Source: an uncultured Nitrospiraceae bacterium (GTDB lineage: Bacteria > Nitrospirota > Thermodesulfovibrionia > Thermodesulfovibrionales > Dissulfurispiraceae). Taken from it: DNA of 64,000 nt. The stretch covers positions 1,632,001-1,696,000 of the forward strand of contig CAVSHF010000003.1 in NCBI GenBank assembly GCA_963727805.1. Reading direction: 5' to 3'. Made by a program: the position numbers and the translations under genes. Below the pieces are notes generated by a model. That model had not been told where the DNA came from. It saw nothing but the letters and a program-made list of their open reading frames with translations, and did not search any database. Within the stretch, counting starts at the first letter, position 1. Each line of letters begins with the position of its first letter. Below are positions 8,370 to 15,477 of this stretch, one piece after another.

Positions 8370-11300
8370 GTGGTCAGGGCCGTCCATTGGGCTGTAAAAG
8401 GCAGGGTTCGCTTTAAAGTGGACGGCCTCCGCCACTCCGAGGCGCTTAGGCGTCATATCGAGAGTGCTCTGTATGGCAAAGAAGAAATCACTATTCTTTC
8501 GATTAATACGGTGACCGGGAGTGTACTTGTTGCATACAACTCCGGCAATACATGGCAATCGGTAACGCCGGTTCTCGAAGGGATTGTGTCGGAATATGGA
8601 GCCGGCTCTGAGGCAGCAAAACATGTACAAAGCGGTAACGGAAAGAAAGAGGCTGATGCGCAAACAACGGGCAGACGTCTGTCTTCTTCCTCCGAAGCCC
8701 ACAATCTTCAGAGCAGGAGAAAACTCAGAAACCTCGTTGTCCATGCGGAAGATCAGCCGGAAGAGAAATGGCATAATCTCGAAGCGGATACCGTTCTTCG
8801 CCTCGTTTCTGCCGATGAAGACCTGGGCCTTTCCGATGAAGCAGCACAGCAGCGCCTAAAAAAATACGGCCCCAACATGCTTCCTGAGTCAGTGCCTCGA
8901 TCGGGGTTCAGCATCTTCATAGAGCAGTTCAAATCGTTGCCCGTAGCGCTCCTCGGAGTTGCGGCGGCAGTGTCGGTGGTTACAGGCGGTGTTGCCGATG
9001 CTATTGTCATTATGGCGGTAGTCGTAACGAATGCGGCAATAGGGTATGCAACCGAGAGCCAGTCTGAAAAGACAATCAATTCCCTGAAAAGCCTCGTAAG
9101 ACCGACCGCCTTTGTCATCAGGAACAGCAAGATACGCGAGATAGCAGCTGAAGGGGTCGTACCCGGCGATATCATCGCACTCAGGCCCGGGACATATGTG
9201 CCTGCCGACGCACGCCTCATCGATGCCAGCCGTCTCAGCATTGACGAATCGACCCTTACCGGAGAAAGTCTGCCAGTCGTGAAAAGTACTGCTGCCTTGA
9301 TCCAAGGCAATAAAGCTAACGGTAACAATGAGATCCCACTCGGCGACCGCACAAACATGGTCTATATGGGCACGATCGTCACAGGGGGTCAGGGTGCCGC
9401 TGTGGTAATCGCCACGGGGCGATATACTGAAATCGGACACATTCAGACCCTCGTCGGCTCTGCAAGGCCCCCTGAAACTCCGATGGAAAGACAGCTCGAC
9501 CGGATGGGTGGGCAACTCGTACTTATAAGCGGCGCCGTCTGCGGGATCGTTTTTCTGATCGGCCTTTTGAGGGGATACGGTTTTCTCCAGATGCTCAAGA
9601 TATCCATTTCCCTCGCTGTTGCAGCAGTTCCTGAGGGACTGCCCACAGTCGCAACGACTACGCTATCTCTCGGCATACGCAGGATGAGGAAACACAACGT
9701 ACTCATTCGCCATCTCGACGCAGTTGAGACGCTCGGTTCTGTCCAAACGATATGCATGGATAAGACAGGAACCATCACCTTGAATCGCATGTCTATTGTT
9801 GCGTTGCATACTGGGAAAAAACAGGTCCGGGTAGCCGACGGTAAGTTTTTCCATGGCTCCAAGATTCTGAATCCTTATGAATGCGACGAACTTCTGAGGC
9901 TTCTGCATATTGCCGTCCTTTGCAACGAAAGCGATGTAAGACGGTGCACCCCACAAGAACCTTGCGGGGGACCGGTTGTGGATGTGAAGGGAATGGGCCT
10001 TGCTGTTGGAATGATGCAACAGCACATGGTGAGCGGCTCGTCCACCGAAAACGCCCTTATTCATATGGCCCTCGCAGCTGGTATCGATGTCATTCAGCTC
10101 AGGAAAAAGTTTGTGATTGCTGATATCGGACACCGCGCGGAAATGCGTAATTTTATGACCACAACACATAGCGTACCCGATAACAGGAAACTTGTCGCCT
10201 TGAAGGGCAGTCCAGGCGAAGTGCTACAGATGTGCGATCGACATATCGTGGATGGCAAGATACTTCCTCTCACCGAGGACGACAGAATGAACATAGAGAT
10301 TGAAAACGAAAGAATGGCTGGAAATGCTTTGCGGGTCCTGGGCCTGGCTTATAAGCTGCTTGAAAATGAAGAGAATGATACCGATAGTCTTCAGGTGTTT
10401 ATCTGGCTCGGTCTTGTAGGAATGGCCGATCCGGTTAGAAACGGCGTCGGTGACGTCATTGAAGTTTTTCACAGGGCGGGGATCGATACCGTAATGATCA
10501 CCGGCGATCAGAGCTCTACAGCTTACGCCATCGGCAAGGAGCTGAACCTGAGCAAGGGTGAGCAGATTGAGATACTCGACTCGACCCATCTCACCGACAT
10601 AAGTCCTGAGGTACTCAAAGCCCTCTGCAAAAAAGTTCATGTATTTGCGAGAGTCAGCCCTGCTAACAAACTCCAGATCGTCCAGTCTCTGCAGTCCGCA
10701 GGTAGGGTTGTGGCAATGACAGGTGACGGCATCAATGACGGGCCAGCGCTAAAGGCTGCCGACATCGGAATAGCAATGGGGCACACTGGAACCGATGTAG
10801 CACGCGAAGTAGCAGATGTCGTTTTGGAAGACGACAATCTTGAAACGATGATCATCGCAATCAGCCAAGGCAGGACGATCTACAACAACATCAGAAAATC
10901 GGTCCATTTCCTGCTCTCAACTAATTTGAGCGAGATCATGGTCATGTTCACCTCCATTGCAGGCGGGTTGGGGCACCCGCTGAACGCTATGCAGCTCCTG
11001 TGGATCAACCTCCTTTCGGACATTGCCCCTGGCCTTGCACTGGCTCTTGAACAGCCTGAGCCCGATGTGTTGATGAGGCCACCGAGAGACCCAGGAGAAC
11101 CTATTATCAAGACATCTGATTTCAAGAGGATAGGCTTCGAGGCGGCGATGCTCTCTGTAGGCTCTATGTCAGCCTATCTTTACGGCATAACGCGTTATGG
11201 CATAGGTCCGAGGGCCAGCACAATGGCTTTTATGAGTCTCACCTTTGGCCAACTCTTTCATGCTTATAGCTGCAGATCCGAAACTCACAGCCTATTCGAC

Positions 11301-11564
11301 AAAGGGAAAATGCCGACCAATCCATATTTGAACGCAGCCATCGCCGGGTCCATGGGGCTTCAGGTACTCGCCATGGCTGTACCCGGCCTGAGGACGCTTC
11401 TTGGAATCACACCGATAGGCTTATTTGACAGCTTGGTCATCGGCGGCGGTGCAGTCTTGCCGCTCCTTGTCAATGAAGCTACCAAGTCAAAACCGAAAGA
11501 AGAGGATAAGAAGCATTCTTCTATCATCTTGCCGGACGGGCTCGTAATTGCCGACTCCGTTTAG
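8370..11564 (+). CDS. P2A-type (Ca2+-ATPase-like) P-type ATPase with an N-terminal HMA_2/CoBaHMA domain
   Basis: TGES, AVAAVPEGLP, DKTGT, KGSPGE, MITGD, TGDGINDGPAL, STNLSE, QLLWINLLSD; N-terminal VHWAVKGRVRFK...NTVTGSVLVAY. Confidence 0.92.
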   Translation: MVRAVHWAVKGRVRFKVDGLRHSEALRRHIESALYGKEEITILSINTVTGSVLVAYNSGNTWQSVTPVLEGIVSEYGAGSEAAKHVQSGNGKKEADAQTTGRRLSSSSEAHNLQSRRKLRNLVVHAEDQPEEKWHNLEADTVLRLVSADEDLGLSDEAAQQRLKKYGPNMLPESVPRSGFSIFIEQFKSLPVALLGVAAAVSVVTGGVADAIVIMAVVVTNAAIGYATESQSEKTINSLKSLVRPTAFVIRNSKIREIAAEGVVPGDIIALRPGTYVPADARLIDASRLSIDESTLTGESLPVVKSTAALIQGNKANGNNEIPLGDRTNMVYMGTIVTGGQGAAVVIATGRYTEIGHIQTLVGSARPPETPMERQLDRMGGQLVLISGAVCGIVFLIGLLRGYGFLQMLKISISLAVAAVPEGLPTVATTTLSLGIRRMRKHNVLIRHLDAVETLGSVQTICMDKTGTITLNRMSIVALHTGKKQVRVADGKFFHGSKILNPYECDELLRLLHIAVLCNESDVRRCTPQEPCGGPVVDVKGMGLAVGMMQQHMVSGSSTENALIHMALAAGIDVIQLRKKFVIADIGHRAEMRNFMTTTHSVPDNRKLVALKGSPGEVLQMCDRHIVDGKILPLTEDDRMNIEIENERMAGNALRVLGLAYKLLENEENDTDSLQVFIWLGLVGMADPVRNGVGDVIEVFHRAGIDTVMITGDQSSTAYAIGKELNLSKGEQIEILDSTHLTDISPEVLKALCKKVHVFARVSPANKLQIVQSLQSAGRVVAMTGDGINDGPALKAADIGIAMGHTGTDVAREVADVVLEDDNLETMIIAISQGRTIYNNIRKSVHFLLSTNLSEIMVMFTSIAGGLGHPLNAMQLLWINLLSDIAPGLALALEQPEPDVLMRPPRDPGEPIIKTSDFKRIGFEAAMLSVGSMSAYLYGITRYGIGPRASTMAFMSLTFGQLFHAYSCRSETHSLFDKGKMPTNPYLNAAIAGSMGLQVLAMAVPGLRTLLGITPIGLFDSLVIGGGAVLPLLVNEATKSKPKEEDKKHSSIILPDGLVIADSV

Positions 11565-11620
11565 CTTAAACTAGGGATTATGCATTAGCGATAACCGGCA
11601 CCATAAAGGAGGCGCCCCGC

Positions 11621-12805
11621 ATGAAGAAAGATTTCATGTTTACTTCTGAATCTGTGACAGAGGGACATCCCGACAAACTATGTGATCAGATTAGCGACGC
11701 CATCGTCGACCATTTTCTTCAGAAAGATCCGTTCTCAAGGGTCATTGCCGAATGCGCGGTATCGACGGCAATAGTATTCATTGCGGCCAGATTTAGTTCA
11801 GGTGATTCGGTGGACTTTCCAGGCATTGCACGTCAGGTCATCAGCCAGGTGGGATATGACCAAAATACATTCAATTCAAAGACCTGCAGCATCTTGACGA
11901 GCCTTAAAGAACTTCCTGAAGAAACAAATCGCTTCGACGAAAATGACCTAAGCGATGAAGAGATCGAGAAAATTACGGTAAAAAACCAGGTGACGGTCTT
12001 CGGTTTCGCCTGCAATCAGACGTCTGCGCTCATGCCCTTGCCGATATGGCTCGCACGGAAGCTCTCACGTAGACTTGCGTCGACACGGCTGCAGAGAATT
12101 CTCCCTTATCTTTCGCCTGACGGTAAGACACAGGTGGGGATCGAGTACCGTGACCGCAAGCCCAGGCGCATTCACAGCATTACGCTTATCGCAAGCCAGA
12201 ATATCGAAGGAACTCCCAATCTCAGGCGCCTTAGAGATGAAATGCGGGAAACCGTCATAGAACCGGCATTTCAGGATGAAGAAATAAAACCCGACAGCGC
12301 TACGAGGATATTCGTAAATCCCGACGGGCCGTTTATCATAGGCGGACCTTCAGTTCATTCGGGCCTTACCGGCAGAAAAAATGCAATCGACACCTACGGC
12401 GAATACTCCCGTCACAGCGGGGCTGCCCTGAGCGGCAAGGACCCTATGAGAATAGACAGGGTGGGAGCCTATATGGCTCGCTATGCGGCAAAGAACATCG
12501 TCGTGGCAGGCCTTGCAGACGAATGCGAGGTGCAGCTCAGCTATTCAATCGGCCTCTCCCGCCCGGTGAGCATTCAGATCGAGACTTTTGGTACCGGCCG
12601 GATTACAGATGACGAGATTGCGTCGCTCGTTGAAAGGCATTTTGACTTCCGGCTCGCCGCTATAGTGAAACAGTTCAGACTCAGGCTTCTTCCGTCAATC
12701 GTAAAGGGTGGTTTTTATCGGAAGCTCGCGGCTTACGGTCATGTTGGCCGTATGGATATTGGCTTACCCTGGGAACTGACAGATCGAGCGTCTCTCCTTA
12801 AATGA
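11621..12805 (+). CDS. metK: Methionine adenosyltransferase-family protein, divergent paralog
   Basis: FTSESVTEGHPDKLCDQISD, DGKTQV, GLTGRK, SGKD, AAYGHVGR; the GAGDQG signature is replaced by TVKNQV. Confidence 0.85.
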   Translation: MKKDFMFTSESVTEGHPDKLCDQISDAIVDHFLQKDPFSRVIAECAVSTAIVFIAARFSSGDSVDFPGIARQVISQVGYDQNTFNSKTCSILTSLKELPEETNRFDENDLSDEEIEKITVKNQVTVFGFACNQTSALMPLPIWLARKLSRRLASTRLQRILPYLSPDGKTQVGIEYRDRKPRRIHSITLIASQNIEGTPNLRRLRDEMRETVIEPAFQDEEIKPDSATRIFVNPDGPFIIGGPSVHSGLTGRKNAIDTYGEYSRHSGAALSGKDPMRIDRVGAYMARYAAKNIVVAGLADECEVQLSYSIGLSRPVSIQIETFGTGRITDDEIASLVERHFDFRLAAIVKQFRLRLLPSIVKGGFYRKLAAYGHVGRMDIGLPWELTDRASLLK

Positions 12806-13122
12806 ATTTTGGCAAGACAAAGATGTTAAAAAAAGCTTTATCCGAACGTATAGAACCGGTCGGTTGCGTCGAGAAGACCTCTGTTCCCAACAATGCCGCA
12901 CTTAATTCCGCGCATCGCAACGCAATCAAAGCACTCGCCGATCACTTAGGGATAGCGGTCGAAGATGTCTACAGACTGTATTGCATTGTTCTCAACAGAA
13001 TTGCGAAGGAAGCGAAAATTAAAGATTATCTCCCCATTCTTGTCAGCAGAAGAGTAAGTTACCTGATCCAGAAGAAAATAAAGATGAGCCTGCGAGCTGG
13101 CAGGATGATAAACCTGTCGTAG
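12802..13122 (+). CDS. DUF3562-like small three-helix protein
   Basis: AIKALADHLG...EAKIKDYLPILVSRRV pattern; overlaps the stop of the MetK paralog. Confidence 0.6.
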   Translation: MNFGKTKMLKKALSERIEPVGCVEKTSVPNNAALNSAHRNAIKALADHLGIAVEDVYRLYCIVLNRIAKEAKIKDYLPILVSRRVSYLIQKKIKMSLRAGRMINLS

Positions 13123-13140
13123 GACGAATGAGATTTGCTG

Positions 13141-13512
13141 CTAGATAAGCATTGCTAGCAATGCGAGGGGCGTCCCCTCAAGAACGGTACCGAGGACCGA
13201 ACCGAGGACTGACCTCCCGATAAAACTGCCCGCTTTGGAAGCCGCGCCATGAATGTATTCATCATGCGTTAATGCTTTGGACTTGTCGAAGTATCCCTTC
13301 CGGTCAAGCAGATTGACGATATCTTCATGTTTGATAACTTTATGATTGTAATTTATAAGTAGACTGCCGGTCGTCAGGTTGACGTCTACGGTAGCTATTC
13401 CGTTTATCGCACCGAGAGTCTTGCGCACCTCGTACAATGCATTTTCGTTTTTCTTTAAGATGGGGCTTTTGATCCTGAGCCGTCCTGGAACATTGTGGAT
13501 GTAATAGTTCAT
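13141..13512 (-). CDS. Stand-alone HMA_2/CoBaHMA protein with a Gly-rich hydrophobic C-terminal helix
   Basis: YYIHNVPGRLRIK...NLTTGSLLINY; tail GSFIGRSVLGSVLGTVLEG; ATG overlaps the stop of the 13512-13811 gene. Confidence 0.8.
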   Translation of the reverse strand: MNYYIHNVPGRLRIKSPILKKNENALYEVRKTLGAINGIATVDVNLTTGSLLINYNHKVIKHEDIVNLLDRKGYFDKSKALTHDEYIHGAASKAGSFIGRSVLGSVLGTVLEGTPLALLAMLI

Positions 13513-13811
13513 CAGTTTTCCACCTTCTGAGCAATTTTTATGTATGTTCGGCACTGAGGGTAATTCGCACACCTGAATGTCAGCATATTACCACCCCTCA
13601 CATTGAGGTGAGTGTGCCCACCACAGTTGGGACAGAGGGGTTTGTTTCTAACCTCCCTCCGGATTGCGTCGGGAGTGAACTGTCGTCCGCAGATGAGGCA
13701 AAGGAATCGCTGCTTACCATTCTTAATTCTGCCGTTCTTGTAGAGAGCGCCGGAATTACACACAGGGCAGTGTAGTTCAGTTTGAGCTCCCTGTTTGCAT
13801 ACGGCTTCCAT
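13512..13811 (-). CDS. Double zinc-ribbon protein (IS1 InsA-like ribbon plus topoisomerase-type C4 ribbon), copy 1
   Basis: CPVC..LYKNG..KNGKQRFLCLICGRQF; CPNCG...FRCANYPQCRTY; paralog at 31126. Confidence 0.75.
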   Translation of the reverse strand: MEAVCKQGAQTELHCPVCNSGALYKNGRIKNGKQRFLCLICGRQFTPDAIRREVRNKPLCPNCGGHTHLNVRGGNMLTFRCANYPQCRTYIKIAQKVEN

Positions 13812-13833
13812 ATGTTAATTAAACCAGATACTT

Positions 13834-13872
13834 GTTACATCAGCATGAAGGCAATGTTACAATTGTGTTACA
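13834..13872 (-). promoter_or_regulatory. Pho-box-like TGTAAC repeats upstream of zinc-ribbon copy 1
   Basis: GTTACA at 13834, 13856 and 13867 (22- and 11-bp phasing). Confidence 0.65.
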
Positions 13873-13945
13873 TAACTATTAAGAGGCTTAAAGACGAAGA
13901 TTAAATAGGGAGAAGAAAAGTGAGGGTGAATTATAAATAGCTATA

Positions 13946-14284
13946 TCAGGCCCCGATTCCGCCTTCAAGGGAATCTATTATGACCTGTTCAGCGGCTTCA
14001 ACAACTTTTTTTGTCGTATTTTCAATAACCTCATCAGATGTTTGTGCTTCGGCTAAACGGAAATAGTCATGCTTCTCAATAATTCCGATTATCTGCTCGC
14101 AATTTATTATTTTTTCATCAAAGTAGATGACAGCGCTGCCTGTAACGATGTGAATTTCAACCTCTAAAATGCCCTTGAATCCCTTTATAAATATTTTAAA
14201 TTCTTCCCCTTTTTGGGAGTTATCATGAATCAGAGGCGTTTGAATCCTTATTCTGCCCGGCACATAATGAATATAATATTTCAT
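13946..14284 (-). CDS. Stand-alone HMA_2/CoBaHMA protein
   Basis: YYIHYVPGRIRIQ...HIVTGSAVIYF; clear paralog of 13141-13512; AT-rich. Confidence 0.8.
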   Translation of the reverse strand: MKYYIHYVPGRIRIQTPLIHDNSQKGEEFKIFIKGFKGILEVEIHIVTGSAVIYFDEKIINCEQIIGIIEKHDYFRLAEAQTSDEVIENTTKKVVEAAEQVIIDSLEGGIGA

Positions 14285-14427
14285 ATTTTTATTTTATCAT
14301 AATTTACACTAGTCACCCCTTGGGGTATTTAATATAAAATTGTGACGCTGAAGACGTGCATCGTAATCCGGTGATTAAATAGGATATTCTATGATAAGAT
14401 TATATGAAAGCTGAGGAGGTGAAACTC

Positions 14428-14670
14428 ATGTTCGGGGGGCTCTTCGAGCCACTTCACCTGTTTATAATTCTTATCATTGCTCTCATAGTATTCGGTCCCG
14501 GCAAGCTCCCGCAGTTGGGAGCTGGTCTCGGCAAAGGGCTGAGGGAATTAAAAAGGGTCCTGTCTCAGGGAAAAAAGACTCAGATACCGCCAGTTGAGGC
14601 AGATCATGTAAGGAACATAGTTAAAATTATCGTAAAAAAAATATACTACGTATTCTTTTTTAAAAGGTAA
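14428..14670 (+). CDS. tatA: TatA/E-family twin-arginine translocase subunit (atypical C-terminus)
   Basis: HLFIILIIALIVFGPGKLPQLGAGLGKGLRELK; GAGGAGG SD. Confidence 0.75.
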   Translation: MFGGLFEPLHLFIILIIALIVFGPGKLPQLGAGLGKGLRELKRVLSQGKKTQIPPVEADHVRNIVKIIVKKIYYVFFFKR

Positions 14671-14716
14671 AGTATCATATCCGCTTGACGCGGAATATCA
14701 TAGCACGGAGGTTTGC

Positions 14717-15136
14717 ATGGACATATTAAGCGGACTCAAAAAGGACATCGAAGAAGGGATAAAGCAGGGTGTGGATGCTGTCAGGTCCACCGCAACTCTG
14801 GTCAAGGAAACAGCCGCAGAATTGACTGAGAAAGGCAAAACGCAGTATCACATTTACGAGCTGAAGAATAAACTACAGAAACAGTTAGCTGACCTCGGGG
14901 GAAAGCTTCACCAGCTGGCCAAGGCGAAAAAAGTGAAGGTCTCAAATCAGGACCTGACGAAGCTTCTTTCTGCAATCGACAAAACTCATGCCGCAATTAC
15001 CAAACTGGAAAGTAAGGAGCCTACCGCCGCTGCAACTTCGGAAAAGCCAGTCGCGAAAAAAGCCCTGATCAAAAAACAAAAAGCACCGGTGAAAAATAAA
15101 AGGCCGCAGAAAGAAAAAAGGGAGATGTCGAATTAA
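14717..15136 (+). CDS. Hypothetical helical/coiled-coil protein with a Lys/Ala-rich tail
   Basis: GGAGG SD; amphipathic N-terminal helix, heptad region ELKNKLQKQLADLGGKL, basic tail. Confidence 0.65.
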   Translation: MDILSGLKKDIEEGIKQGVDAVRSTATLVKETAAELTEKGKTQYHIYELKNKLQKQLADLGGKLHQLAKAKKVKVSNQDLTKLLSAIDKTHAAITKLESKEPTAAATSEKPVAKKALIKKQKAPVKNKRPQKEKREMSN

Positions 15137-15176
15137 TCAATTCAGGGATATCCTTATAACTGTTTTTTTCCCCGAT

Positions 15177-15209
15177 TGTCATTATTCTGTAACAATCAGT
15201 TGCTATACT
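15177..15209 (+). promoter_or_regulatory. Pho-box-like promoter (TGTCAT-N5-TGTAAC, 10-nt spacer, extended -10 TGcTATACT)
   Basis: TGTCAT 15177, TGTAAC 15188, TATACT 15204. Confidence 0.6.
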
Positions 15210-15215
15210 ATTCAT

Positions 15216-15280
15216 GGATGTAGAGGTTCACTTCCTGTGCTTGGAGGACCGGCCCCTCCCGGTCCTCCAAGCACTCTTCC
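15216..15280 (+). ncRNA. Candidate small RNA ending in a perfect 16-bp hairpin with a C-rich loop
   Basis: GTGCTTGGAGGACCGG-cccctc-CCGGTCCTCCAAGCAC at 15237-15274, directly downstream of a Pho-like promoter; no listed ORF. Confidence 0.35.
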
Positions 15281-15426
15281 CGATACGCCCGTCCGAATAG
15301 ATCATTACTAATAGGCAGCTTCTGTTTTGCAAAGACCTGAAGTCGTTGATGGGGAAGCTTTGGACATGAGACGCTTAGCCTCTCGAATCCCCCGAACGTG
15401 TTCCTGATGAGGACATGTCAAGTTCT

Positions 15427-15470
15427 TATAATATTCTCTTAACGCTAATGTAACACTCTTTATATACAAT
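15427..15470 (+). promoter_or_regulatory. Pho-box-like promoter of the PHP-GT4 operon (probably a leaderless mRNA)
   Basis: TATAAT 15427 / CTTAAC 15438 / TGTAAC 15449 in 11-bp phase, 10-nt spacer, TACAAT 15465-15470, ATG at 15478 with no SD. Confidence 0.6.
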
Positions 15471-15477
15471 TAACTTA

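Noticed and set aside
13512..13811. Active IS1 element
   Set aside because: No catalytic InsB region or terminal inverted repeats seen; the gene is coupled to a host gene
6809..14284. Magnetosome island or canonical ferrosome cluster
   Set aside because: No recognisable mam genes, and the ATPase has P2A rather than P1B-6 motifs
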